The translations under genes and the position numbers were made by a program. The notes under the pieces were generated by a model. The model searched no databases and was not told the origin of the DNA. It saw only the letters and a program-made list of their open reading frames with translations. 64,000 bases of DNA from Candidatus Woesearchaeota archaeon (GTDB taxonomy: Archaea > Nanobdellota > Nanobdellia > Woesearchaeales > JAZDKJ01), in NCBI GenBank assembly GCA_043803105.1, contig JAZDKJ010000013.1, positions 51,814 to 115,813 on the forward strand. Reading direction: 5' to 3'. Position 1 is the first letter of the stretch; each line of letters opens with the position of its first letter. Shown here in pieces: positions 20,156 through 30,276 of this stretch.

Positions 20156-22006
20156 ATGAGCATACTCACGATAATATTATTTTTCCTATACAGTTGGGGA
20201 ATAGGGTTTAGTGCAACCTACTTTCTAAAGAACTCAGAGAATTTTCTAGAAAGAAATCTTATGCGCATAGGAATCGGATTAGGAATATTACCGTTCATGA
20301 TTTATGTGCTGAGCCTAGTGCACGTGCCAATAGACTGGAAAATCTACGCAGCACTCAGCCTTGTTGGCCCTGTGATGGTGTTCATCAAGAACAAGGGCGT
20401 TCCTGCGCCAAAATTTTCCCTGAAAAAATCCGACTTATACACTCTCGCTGTATTGCTAATAGTTTCTCTTTCGCTGTTCATGTTTCTTAAAGGGGCATTC
20501 CTATACCCATGGCTTGAAGATGGAGACCCCTGGGAATATGCAGTAAGCGCAAAATACATAGCCACGTTCAAGACAACAGCACCCATTCCAGAAATAAAGG
20601 ACCTATACTTCCAGAACAACCTTGCACACACCAGGATGATATCAAGCTACAATGAGCCATACCCTCAGGCTTACCCGATAGTAATGGGGCTTCTGACGCA
20701 AACCAACAGTTCAATCAACTGGACGCTGAAGTTCTTCAATGCACTAATAATATCAATAGCACTTGTATTCTTCTACTTCTTCGCAAAAGAGATGATTGGA
20801 GACAAGAACAAGGCACTGTTCGCAACAGTTGTGCTTGCAGCAGTACCTGCATTTGTAAGCCATTTTATCTACTCGCAAGAACTGGCAGTGCTGATGTTCT
20901 TCCCTGTATTTTATGCATGCGAGAGAATCAAGTATGACAAGAAGTGGCTGTTTGTTGCCGCAGTAATAATAGCATCAATACTGATGACACAGGCAAGCTC
21001 TGCAGGCACGCTAGGAGCATTATTCTTTCCATTCTATTGGCTGGGAAAAGTGATAGTGAACAAGAAACTCATGACACCCATCTTTGTTGCCGGAGTCTTG
21101 GGGTTAATACTCTCATTTGCATTCTGGGGACCAATGATATACAAGTACACCTGGCCTGGAACAGACCCTCTAAAGGGCAAGCCTGGGCAATCTGTGCTTG
21201 CGTCAGGAAAGCCTGAAGATGTTTACACACTCAAGGACTTCTACAGCGCACCTATGGAGAACAAGATTGACAATCCCATAGGGTTAGGACCTGTGGTTTT
21301 CATATTATTATTGGTGTCAGTGGTAGTTTCCCTGGTAAAATACAAGTATATGCTAAAAACTGAATGGGTACTGATATCATTCTTGTGGGTAATAGTCAAC
21401 TTCATCAACGTAAACAGTAACAGATTGCCGGTGAACATTAATCCTCACAGGGGATGGTCATTCTTAGCCATAGCAGTTGCAATATTTGCATGCTATGGCA
21501 CTTGGCAGCTATTAAGCATGCTAAAACAGCCAGTGCTAAGGATTGGTGCGATGAGCGTAATCGTAGCCTTGATACTGTTCACAAGCGGGTATCCAAAATA
21601 TACTGTGAACACTGCAATGTGGCCAACGCATTACTTTGCGAGCTTCTCTGATGTACCTGGATACATGTGGCTCGAAAACCTCCCGGACAACACGATGGTA
21701 ACTTCCCTATGCAGAACCTGGGATGAGAAGGAAATAGGGATGGACATGTATTCGACAAAAGGCTGGGACCCTCAACAGATAGATTTTGCAAATATCGCAC
21801 TAAATAAGTCGGTAACAGAGATTCATGACTTCATTGCAGCCAGAAATTACGATTACATGATAATCGACAGCACCTGTGTGGACAAGTTTGGGATCAACAA
21901 AACAAACGATGCACTACACGAACTTCTTCAAACAAACACGTTCAGCCTGGTCTACCCGCAGACGCAGGAAGAGGCGGCCTCCACTTTTATCTTTACGGTG
22001 AACTAG
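20156..22006 (+). CDS. GT-C-fold (ArnT/PMT-like) membrane glycosyltransferase with an extra N-terminal TM module
   Basis: About 13 or more TM segments, acidic EDGDPWEY loop, YPQAYP, and a soluble C-terminal domain (WLENLPDN). Confidence 0.7.
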   Translation: MSILTIILFFLYSWGIGFSATYFLKNSENFLERNLMRIGIGLGILPFMIYVLSLVHVPIDWKIYAALSLVGPVMVFIKNKGVPAPKFSLKKSDLYTLAVLLIVSLSLFMFLKGAFLYPWLEDGDPWEYAVSAKYIATFKTTAPIPEIKDLYFQNNLAHTRMISSYNEPYPQAYPIVMGLLTQTNSSINWTLKFFNALIISIALVFFYFFAKEMIGDKNKALFATVVLAAVPAFVSHFIYSQELAVLMFFPVFYACERIKYDKKWLFVAAVIIASILMTQASSAGTLGALFFPFYWLGKVIVNKKLMTPIFVAGVLGLILSFAFWGPMIYKYTWPGTDPLKGKPGQSVLASGKPEDVYTLKDFYSAPMENKIDNPIGLGPVVFILLLVSVVVSLVKYKYMLKTEWVLISFLWVIVNFINVNSNRLPVNINPHRGWSFLAIAVAIFACYGTWQLLSMLKQPVLRIGAMSVIVALILFTSGYPKYTVNTAMWPTHYFASFSDVPGYMWLENLPDNTMVTSLCRTWDEKEIGMDMYSTKGWDPQQIDFANIALNKSVTEIHDFIAARNYDYMIIDSTCVDKFGINKTNDALHELLQTNTFSLVYPQTQEEAASTFIFTVN

Positions 22007-22079
22007 TGATGTAAACTAAGGGAGAATTTATAAGCTCTGAATTGCCCCTCTACAAATCTATCAGGCAAAATAACCTGGA

Positions 22080-23573
22080 ATGACAGACTACAAATCAAAC
22101 GCACTAAAGAACACAATACTGGTATTTCTGATGTCCATATTAGGGGCTTTCTTGGCATACCTTTTCAGGATACTATTGGCTAGAGAGCTTAGTGTCAGCT
22201 TCTACGGTTTTTTCTTCTCTGCATATGCTGTGGTAAACCTTTTGATCGTTGGCAGGGATTTCGGGCTGCGCAATGCACTTATCAAGTTTCTACCAGAGTT
22301 CAAGGCAAAAAAGAATTATGCTGCAACCAAGGGCTTGATGATTTTTGTAGCATGGTTCCATTTTGCGCTCACACTAATATTCCTGGCAGTACTATGGCTT
22401 TCCTCTGCCTTTGTGGTTACCCACTATTTCAATGCACCTGAACTATTAACTGCATGGAGGCTTTTCCTGCTTGTATTTGCAGTTTCCTTCATAGAACAGA
22501 TTTTTGTCTTTAGCTTGCAAGGGATGCAGTACATGTTCTTGTTCTCAATCGCAGACCCAATGCGTTCTGGCTTTACGCTTGGGCTTGCCATAATACTCAT
22601 AAAAATGGGACTTGGTGTAGAGGCCCCAATCCTTGCGCTTCTCATCATGTACCCATTAGTGTCGGCGATTTATGCTATTGTTTCCTTTAGGAAAATATTG
22701 AAGCCTTTACGGGGCATACAACCAGAAATAACAGGCTCGCATGCAAAGAAATATCTTAGATTTGGAATATTTACAAGCATGACTTTTGCAGGCACATTGC
22801 TGATAACCCAAGTCGATACACTTTTCCTAACCTATTTCAAAACTTTAGAAGATGTGGGCATCTACCAGATTGCAGTACCAATATCAATGCTCTGCCTGTA
22901 TTTGGCTTACGCAGCCTCCAAAGTTATGATACCCTTATCATCAGAGATGTATGCAAAAAGAGAAACAAAACTTCTTGAGGAAGGCATTAGACTTCTACAG
23001 AAGTACTTGTTAATGGCAATAATCCCTGTTGCAATGGCAGTCATGCTTTTTCCAGAAATCCCAATAAGAATATTTTTTGGAGAAAAGTACATCATGGCAG
23101 CAGGGGCATTAAGAGTGCTTTCCACCGGAGCTGTCTTCTATTCGATAGCGGTAGTAAATGAGGGTATACTCATGGGCGTGGGCAAACCTCAAATAAACAC
23201 AAAGAATCTTTTCATTGTCTCACTACTGAATGTAATCCTTTGCATAATCCTCATTCCAAGGTTCGGAATCATTGGCGCAGCTTACTCTACGGCCACAAGC
23301 TATGTAATTCTGTCACTAATATCCACATACACCTTAAACAGATTTATGAAAATGAGACTACCATGGTTGCCTTGGCTGAAGATACTGTTATCAAGCATGC
23401 TCTTTGCGATATTCATAGCTTTTCTTAAGAGATCACTTGACCTTCCATGGATTGCGGAGCTTACTATATGCCTTGGCCTAGGGCTTGCACTCTATTCTGG
23501 AATGCTTGCATTACTAAGAGAGTTGAAATGGAAGGAAATCAGAATCGTACTGTCCGGTTTGCGAAAGCTCTGA
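22080..23573 (+). CDS. Wzx/MOP-family flippase
   Basis: LARELS..YG, DFGL, QVDTLFL, VGIYQIA, LIPRFGIIGAA. Confidence 0.9.
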   Translation: MTDYKSNALKNTILVFLMSILGAFLAYLFRILLARELSVSFYGFFFSAYAVVNLLIVGRDFGLRNALIKFLPEFKAKKNYAATKGLMIFVAWFHFALTLIFLAVLWLSSAFVVTHYFNAPELLTAWRLFLLVFAVSFIEQIFVFSLQGMQYMFLFSIADPMRSGFTLGLAIILIKMGLGVEAPILALLIMYPLVSAIYAIVSFRKILKPLRGIQPEITGSHAKKYLRFGIFTSMTFAGTLLITQVDTLFLTYFKTLEDVGIYQIAVPISMLCLYLAYAASKVMIPLSSEMYAKRETKLLEEGIRLLQKYLLMAIIPVAMAVMLFPEIPIRIFFGEKYIMAAGALRVLSTGAVFYSIAVVNEGILMGVGKPQINTKNLFIVSLLNVILCIILIPRFGIIGAAYSTATSYVILSLISTYTLNRFMKMRLPWLPWLKILLSSMLFAIFIAFLKRSLDLPWIAELTICLGLGLALYSGMLALLRELKWKEIRIVLSGLRKL

Positions 23574-23716
23574 ACGAAAAATTGGCAGGACTGCTGATGG
23601 GATATCACATAACAGATTTGGTTGCTAGAAGCTAAACCAGAAGATTTTCTCCTATAAATTGGCACAGACAGCGTATTGAAAAGATTTATAAACAAATCAA
23701 GGTTCCTGAGTGGGAG

Positions 23717-24853
23717 GTGGTTTTATTGAATGTGCTTGTTACCGGAGGAGCTGGATTCATTGGTTCTTTTATTGCAGACGAGCTGGTAAGACGCGGCCAT
23801 GATGTGTTGATTTATGATAATCTTGAGCCGCAGGTTCATGGCACAAGGATTCCTAGTTACTTAAATAAGAACTGCAAATTCATAAAAGAGGATGTACGAA
23901 ATTCAAAGGCCCTAAAAGAAGCTATGAAAGACATCGATGTCGTGTTTCACGAGGCAGCGATGGTGGGTGTGGGACAGAGCATGTACCAGATAGACCGGTA
24001 CATGGATGTGAATGTAATTGGCACAGCAAGAATACTAGACCTGCTTGTCAACAGTGAACATAATGTCAAGAAAATAATCGTAGCATCTTCAATGAGCTGT
24101 TATGGGGAAGGAAGCTATAGCTGTGAATGCAGGGGGGAAGTCTACCCAGACCTTAGAAGCAAAGAACAAATGGAAAAGAATGACTGGGAGGTGCATTGCC
24201 CTTTCTGCAACAAAATCCTAAAACCGATACCTACCAAGGAGACCAAACCCCTCGTTCCAAACAGCATCTACGCAATATCAAAGCAGGACCAAGAGCAAAC
24301 AGTCTTGAACGTTGGCAAGACATACGGCATCCCGGCAGTTGCCCTCAGATATTTCAATGTCTACGGTCCAAGACAATCACTTTCTAACCCTTATACAGGG
24401 GTAGCGGCCATCTTCATGAGCAGAATAAAAAACAAGAACAGCCCAATAATATTTGAAGACGGAATACAAAGCAGGGACTTTGTTTCAGTGCATGACATTG
24501 TACAAGCAAACATGCTTGCAATGGAAAGCAAGGCTGCAAACTACGAGTTATTCAATGTCGGAACAGGACGCGCAACTTCCCTGATAAAGCTCGTGGAAAT
24601 TCTGGCCAATTCTATCAACCCATCAATCAAGCCTACAATCACGGCACAATTCAGGCCTGGAGATGTCAGGCATTGCTTCGCTGACATAAGCAAAATACGC
24701 GGCAAACTAGGTTTTGAACCGAAGATACTATTTGAAGAAGGAATGTCGGAATTGGCTAGATGGTCAAGCAACCAAGAAGCGGTCGACAGAGTGGATATGG
24801 CAACCAAAGAGCTTGCACAGAAAGGGTTGCTTTCAAAAAATGTGGAAAAATAA
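23717..24853 (+). CDS. NAD-dependent epimerase/dehydratase with Cys-rich insertion
   Basis: TGGAGFIG, HEAAMVGVGQS, ASSMSCYGEG, CEC...CPFC insert, YAISK, RYFNVYGPRQ. Start is GTG 23717 or TTG 23726 (GGAGGTG SD). Confidence 0.9.
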   Translation: MVLLNVLVTGGAGFIGSFIADELVRRGHDVLIYDNLEPQVHGTRIPSYLNKNCKFIKEDVRNSKALKEAMKDIDVVFHEAAMVGVGQSMYQIDRYMDVNVIGTARILDLLVNSEHNVKKIIVASSMSCYGEGSYSCECRGEVYPDLRSKEQMEKNDWEVHCPFCNKILKPIPTKETKPLVPNSIYAISKQDQEQTVLNVGKTYGIPAVALRYFNVYGPRQSLSNPYTGVAAIFMSRIKNKNSPIIFEDGIQSRDFVSVHDIVQANMLAMESKAANYELFNVGTGRATSLIKLVEILANSINPSIKPTITAQFRPGDVRHCFADISKIRGKLGFEPKILFEEGMSELARWSSNQEAVDRVDMATKELAQKGLLSKNVEK

Positions 24854-25550
24854 GAAAGTCTCTGTTGTCCTTCCTGCATATAATGAGGGGGACAACATAC
24901 GCAAGGCAGTAAACCAGTTCTTTGACACCGGGGTGGCGGATGAAGTCATTGTTGTAAACAATAACTCAAAAGACCAAACGGTTGAAGAGACAAAAAAAAC
25001 AAAAGCCAAGCTTGTAAACGAGAAAAGGCAGGGATATGGTTGGGCAAATAGAAGGGGGCTTGCCGAGGCATCTGGGGAACTGATAATCACCTGTGAACCT
25101 GATGATACCTTCGTAGCAAACGACATATTCAAGTTGCTTGCGTATTCTGATGATTTTGATGTGGTGTTCACCACAAGGACAAGCCCAGAATGCATACAGG
25201 AAGGGGCAAACATGAACTGGTTCCTAAGACTCGGTAATATTGCCGTTGGAAAACTTCTAGAATACTTACATGGCGGACCGAGGTTAACCGATGTAGGCTC
25301 AACATTCAAGCTAATAAAGAGAAAACAATTGAAAAAAATAATGGACAAATTCACAGTAGGCAAATCCCATTTTTCACCTGAATTCATGCTCCTTTGCGCG
25401 AGAGCAGGAATACCATCAGTAGAAATACCTGTCAACTACAAGGCAAGAATAGGCACTTCAAAGATCACTGGCTCCCTATGGAAAGCCTTCAAGTTGGGAA
25501 TCATAATGTGCGCAATGATTATCTCATATAGATTCAAGAGAATAGACTGA
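24840..25550 (+). CDS. GT2 glycosyltransferase (DPM-synthase-like)
   Basis: LPAYNEG, VNNNSKD, QGYG, EPD in place of DxD, TDVGSTF, EIPVNY..RIGTSK. Confidence 0.85.
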   Translation: MWKNKKVSVVLPAYNEGDNIRKAVNQFFDTGVADEVIVVNNNSKDQTVEETKKTKAKLVNEKRQGYGWANRRGLAEASGELIITCEPDDTFVANDIFKLLAYSDDFDVVFTTRTSPECIQEGANMNWFLRLGNIAVGKLLEYLHGGPRLTDVGSTFKLIKRKQLKKIMDKFTVGKSHFSPEFMLLCARAGIPSVEIPVNYKARIGTSKITGSLWKAFKLGIIMCAMIISYRFKRID

Positions 25551-25589
25551 GAGCAGCTAAACAAATCTGTTCGTGAAATTGGCCATAAA

Positions 25590-26978
25590 ATGAGAGTCCA
25601 ACTATTTTTCCCGCCATTTGACAACCAGGATGAGACAGTAGTCAACTTGCTCCCCTTAGGTATAGCATATATAGGGACTGTGCTGTCAAGGGAAGGTCAC
25701 GTAATAGAAGCATACAACTACGAAAATGCTGGAGGGGGTGCAATTTCTCTGATGCTCCAGAAGGTCAGGAATTTCCGTCCTGAAATGGTTGGTATGACCT
25801 GTCTTACCAATAACAGGGGCTCGTGCATAAGGTTTGCGAAAAAGGTAAAGAAATACAACCCAAACATTAAGGTGGTACTGGGTGGCGTGCATGCAACTAT
25901 CATGCACAAACAGATCCTATCGCATTTTGCAGCAATCGACATCATAGTGATGGGTGAGGGCGAGCTAACAGTAAGAGAGCTTGTGAGCACTATAGAAAAA
26001 AAAGGAGATCTCAAATCTGTCAAGGGCTTGGCATTTCGTGAACATGGCAAGATAATAGAAACAGAAAAAAGAGAGCCAATAAAGGACCTAGATACACTTC
26101 CGATACCGAACCTGGAATTCTTTCGCAAGCAGATAGAGGAAACCAAGACTGGATGCATATACTCATCCAGGGGATGCCCTTATCATTGTAACTTCTGCTC
26201 AACCTCACATTACTGGAACAACATGTGGAGGCCGAGAAGCCCAAAACACGTCGTAGACGAGATAGAATACCTGTTAACAAATTTCCAGGTAAAATATCTT
26301 TACTTTACAGATGACTGCTTTAGCACAAGCAAGAAGAGAGTAATAGAGATTTGCAGGAAAATCGTGCAACGAGGGCTCAAGGTCAAGTTCACGGTTTCGA
26401 CAAGGGTAAACTTCATAGATGATGAATCCCTTCGCTGGCTCAAGAAAGCAGGGGCAGTCGAAGTGGCATTCGGGGTGGAGAGCGGAAGCCCAAAAATATT
26501 GGGGAACATAGGGAAGCAAGAGGACCTATCACAGGTGATAACTGCATGCAAGAAAACCGCAAAATGGGGATTAACACCATCTGTACTCCTGTTTGTCGGG
26601 ACGCCTGGAGAGAACCAGGAAACAATTAATGAAACAAAAAAATTGGTGGACCAAATCTACAGGAGCGCAAAAATAGACTATGTCAGGCTCCTTGAGGTCT
26701 ATCCGGGAGTACCTTTGTATGAGCACGCAAAAAAAATTGGATTTATAGATGATGATTATTGGCTAACAAACAAAGACCCGCCAATATTTACCGCAGAAAA
26801 CTCAAAGGAACAGCTTCAGAGATGGTCAACAGAAATTGTGCTGCACAACTACAGACGCAAGGGAATAGAATTTATGGCAAGGTATCTTATCAAGTCGATT
26901 TTCACACACCCAGTGAAGGTCCTGAAATTTGCCTGGCAGAGAAAATTTTTTGGCACATTCTTGAGGTCAAGAGCATGA
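25590..26978 (+). CDS. B12-binding radical SAM protein
   Basis: PLGIAYI, GGVHAT, GEGE, SRGCPYHCNFC, GVESGS, YPG. Confidence 0.92.
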   Translation: MRVQLFFPPFDNQDETVVNLLPLGIAYIGTVLSREGHVIEAYNYENAGGGAISLMLQKVRNFRPEMVGMTCLTNNRGSCIRFAKKVKKYNPNIKVVLGGVHATIMHKQILSHFAAIDIIVMGEGELTVRELVSTIEKKGDLKSVKGLAFREHGKIIETEKREPIKDLDTLPIPNLEFFRKQIEETKTGCIYSSRGCPYHCNFCSTSHYWNNMWRPRSPKHVVDEIEYLLTNFQVKYLYFTDDCFSTSKKRVIEICRKIVQRGLKVKFTVSTRVNFIDDESLRWLKKAGAVEVAFGVESGSPKILGNIGKQEDLSQVITACKKTAKWGLTPSVLLFVGTPGENQETINETKKLVDQIYRSAKIDYVRLLEVYPGVPLYEHAKKIGFIDDDYWLTNKDPPIFTAENSKEQLQRWSTEIVLHNYRRKGIEFMARYLIKSIFTHPVKVLKFAWQRKFFGTFLRSRA

Positions 26979-27499
26979 AGGAAAAAATAAGGATGAGCCT
27001 GCACCTTGGCTGCGGCAACATTTACAATGAGAGCAAGGGAAAAGAGAAATGGATCAACCTTGACAAGATGCGAACGGTTAAGGCTGATGTATACCACGAC
27101 CTTGATGAGTACCCTTACCCTTTTGCGCCAAACACATTTGACTATATCTACAGCCAAGGGCTACTTGAACATGTGGAGGACGTTATAAAACACCTGGAAG
27201 AAATATGGCGCATCAGCAAGAAGGGAGCAATAGTTGAGTACAAAGTGCCGCACTCGATGTCACAAAACAGCTTCACAGACTTCACTCACAAACACACGTT
27301 CACAGAATATAGCATGGCACTTGTGTGCGACAATCTTGAAGGGAACCTATACATACAAGGCAAATTTGACCTGTTGGAAGTACAGAAAATCAAAGGCCAG
27401 ATGGGGAAGCTTTTTCCAGAGTTTATTAACAGGAAGATTTGCCATGTAATCGAGGAGGTTTACCAGTTTATCATCTTTAAATTGGTTGTAAAAAAATGA
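26975..27499 (+). CDS. Class I SAM-dependent methyltransferase
   Basis: LHLGCG, WINLD, HDLDEYPYPF, LEHV, VPH, DFTH. ATGA overlap with the upstream rSAM gene. Confidence 0.85.
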   Translation: MKEKIRMSLHLGCGNIYNESKGKEKWINLDKMRTVKADVYHDLDEYPYPFAPNTFDYIYSQGLLEHVEDVIKHLEEIWRISKKGAIVEYKVPHSMSQNSFTDFTHKHTFTEYSMALVCDNLEGNLYIQGKFDLLEVQKIKGQMGKLFPEFINRKICHVIEEVYQFIIFKLVVKK

Positions 27500-27506
27500 G
27501 TCTATC

Positions 27507-29141
27507 ATGAAATCTATTAACAAAGATTTTTTTATCGTTCTTGCCTGCATGTTAATCCTTTTCTTGCTTAGCCTAACAAAACTTGGCTTACCTTATACAA
27601 TGGATGAGGTGGAATTTATCAAGGCAGGGCATGCAATAAATGAAGGCAGCAAATATGTCTACATAGGTGAGCAAATGCCCAGGGTAAGCTGGCTATGGCA
27701 TCCTCCTTTGTTCGTTTTCCTAATGAGCGTAGTGGTTAAGGCTGGCTCGCAGGAAGGATTGATAAGATCATTTTTGCTCTCTATAAACATGCTCACTATC
27801 ATTAGCCTATATTACCTTGCAAAGCTGGTTTTTGCCAAGAAATGGCAGATGTACACGGTATTGTTCTTGTACACGATTCAACCACTGGTTGTGCAAAGCG
27901 CAACACTCCTGGAAATCGATGGCACTATAATGACTCTTTTCATAGTCCTATTCTTCTACTTTCTTGTAAAATACATTAAGGGCGGGGAAACCAAGGATAG
28001 TGTGTTAATGTGTGCGTTCTTTTTCCTTACAATATGGTCGAAACTGCAGTACGCACCAATGTTATCAATCTCGCTTGTAATTGGGTTTGCCTACAAAGGC
28101 AAGATTAAGGGAGCGTTACGCGGAGTAGGAATAACAGCCACGGTTGTTACAGTATTTCTTATCTCTTGGTTAGCTCTTGCATTCGTTGCAAAGCTCGACC
28201 CTTTAGCATTTCTGGCAAACAACTCTACACGGACGGTTGGACTTTTTACAGTATCATTCCAATCGATGCAAAGACTCCTGTTTACAATATGGTCACTCAA
28301 GGGTTCAATTATCTGGATTGGTTTACCGCTAGGTTTGCTGTACATTTTCCACCTGATTTTGCGCCTTAGAGAATTGTGGTCCAATAGGCAGCTGAAATGG
28401 TCTGATCCGCTCGATGCGTTTGTAATCTCTGGCTTTGCATTTTTTTCCCTAATAGGATACAATGCATACGGATTCCCGAAACCGTACGTAGCGCTAATTC
28501 CGATAGGCTTGATAACCTCTTTAGAGAGGATTGACCTTGCACAATTCAAAAAGAATTGGCGAAAGCTTATAGCAGGATCAGCAATCTCAATAGGACTTCT
28601 GATAGGCCTTGCAGGAGACCCACTGTTGGCACAGAACAGATTTTATACAGCAGGCAGGGAATATCTAGGGAGCGCGCAAATGCTCATGGATAACCTGAGC
28701 TTCCTGTACCTTCTTCTGCCGCTAATGGTTTTTGCAGCAATTGTGCTTCTGTCCAGACAGAAGGTGAAGACGCTAGGAGTGTCTCTTGTTGTCTTAATAG
28801 CAACAAATTCAATATACATGGCAGGAATGCAAGTAAAGGCAGAGTATTCAACAACATACATGTACGGACAAAAAGGCCTGAGGCAGACCATTGACTACAT
28901 ACAAGGCAAAGACCTGGGAGAGATTTATGCATCACGCACGGACACAGGATTTTACGGCAAGGGAAGGTACATACAACTCATACCTGAAAGCCCAGAATCA
29001 TACGGGCAATTCTACAACAAGTATGCAAGCAAAGTGAAATATCTAATACTGGCACCGCCTGATGCAGTAGAAAGCTTTGACGGCAGCTTTATTCTTGAGA
29101 AGAAAATAGGAGATTTCTCAATTTACAGAGCAAACAACTGA
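27507..29141 (+). CDS. GT-C-fold (ArnT/GT83/GT39-like) membrane glycosyltransferase
   Basis: MDEVEF first loop, HPPLF, many TM segments, soluble C-terminal tail. Confidence 0.8.
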   Translation: MKSINKDFFIVLACMLILFLLSLTKLGLPYTMDEVEFIKAGHAINEGSKYVYIGEQMPRVSWLWHPPLFVFLMSVVVKAGSQEGLIRSFLLSINMLTIISLYYLAKLVFAKKWQMYTVLFLYTIQPLVVQSATLLEIDGTIMTLFIVLFFYFLVKYIKGGETKDSVLMCAFFFLTIWSKLQYAPMLSISLVIGFAYKGKIKGALRGVGITATVVTVFLISWLALAFVAKLDPLAFLANNSTRTVGLFTVSFQSMQRLLFTIWSLKGSIIWIGLPLGLLYIFHLILRLRELWSNRQLKWSDPLDAFVISGFAFFSLIGYNAYGFPKPYVALIPIGLITSLERIDLAQFKKNWRKLIAGSAISIGLLIGLAGDPLLAQNRFYTAGREYLGSAQMLMDNLSFLYLLLPLMVFAAIVLLSRQKVKTLGVSLVVLIATNSIYMAGMQVKAEYSTTYMYGQKGLRQTIDYIQGKDLGEIYASRTDTGFYGKGRYIQLIPESPESYGQFYNKYASKVKYLILAPPDAVESFDGSFILEKKIGDFSIYRANN

Positions 29142-29193
29142 GTGATTCGCTGGGAAAACATTTAAATATGCTCCAACCATCTCAATAACCAAA

Positions 29194-30276
29194 GTGAAAA
29201 TCCTTCTGGTAGCAAAAACGTTTTCCAAGACCTCGGGAGGGGCAGAAAACCACATCTACAACCTTGTACAGCAACTGAAAAAAAAGCATGACTTCACTAT
29301 AGTAACGTCTGATGAATACAAGGACAGTGTACCAGGAGTAAAGATAATACGCCTGCCTATAGACTTCAGAATAATGAACTACATAGTCTCAACCAAGCTC
29401 AAAAGCCTGCTAAATGGAATAATCGGCAAGTTTGACCTGGTTCATTGCCATAACTATTGCTGCTATTTTGTGGACACGGCAGCAAGAATTGCAAAGAAGC
29501 ATGGAAAACCGCTTGTGATAACAAACCATGGCGTGTTTCCTTCAAGAAACATGTTTACAGCTATGCTTATGTTCATTTATAACAAAACAGTGGGGATTAG
29601 GACTTGGAAGCTTGCAGACAAAATAATCAGCGTGAGCGAATTCTCGCGGCAGAGAATAATACAGCTTGGTGCACCAAAGGACAACAATTCAGTTATATAT
29701 AACGGAATTGACCTAAGCGAATTTGAAAGAGAGCCAAATCAACGCAGACAGAACAAAAGAATATTGTATGTGGGCAGGATTGTTCCAGAAAAAGGCCTGA
29801 ATTTTTTGGTGAAGTCTCTCTCCAAGATAAGGGACCAGAATTTCAAACTGATTGTGGCAGGAGATGACAGTACAAACTATGCACGCATGGTCAAAAAAAA
29901 TGCAGCGAGCCTTGCTGTCTCAAACAAGGTAAGATTCCTAGGCAAACAAGAACGAAAATCATTGATAAGGCTCTACAAAAGCAGCGGTGTTTTCGTATTA
30001 TCAAGCTCTTATGAACCGTTTGGTATTGTAATAATCGAGGCAATGGCAGCAGGACTGCCAGTAATTGCAACAAGGGTAGGAGGGGTACCTGAGATAGTTG
30101 ATGGAACAAGAAACCGAATGGTTCCTTACGGGAATATTAATATAATGGCAAAATCCATAGAGGAAATGGCTGGAAGGAATGACATAGGCAAAGAAAACAG
30201 GAAATATGTAAGAAGATTCAGCATCAAGATAATGGCAGAAAAAACCGACAGGATATACAGTGAGTTAATGCCTTAG
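29194..30276 (+). CDS. Glycosyltransferase family 4
   Basis: GGAE, YNGID, VGRIVPEKG, EPFGIVIIEAMAAG. Confidence 0.92.
   Translation: MKILLVAKTFSKTSGGAENHIYNLVQQLKKKHDFTIVTSDEYKDSVPGVKIIRLPIDFRIMNYIVSTKLKSLLNGIIGKFDLVHCHNYCCYFVDTAARIAKKHGKPLVITNHGVFPSRNMFTAMLMFIYNKTVGIRTWKLADKIISVSEFSRQRIIQLGAPKDNNSVIYNGIDLSEFEREPNQRRQNKRILYVGRIVPEKGLNFLVKSLSKIRDQNFKLIVAGDDSTNYARMVKKNAASLAVSNKVRFLGKQERKSLIRLYKSSGVFVLSSSYEPFGIVIIEAMAAGLPVIATRVGGVPEIVDGTRNRMVPYGNINIMAKSIEEMAGRNDIGKENRKYVRRFSIKIMAEKTDRIYSELMP

Noticed and set aside
23574-23684. Possible small RNA in the longest intergenic gap
   Set aside because: No convincing stem-loop or C/D-box pair was seen; the distal part is explained by the promoter at 23685-23692.
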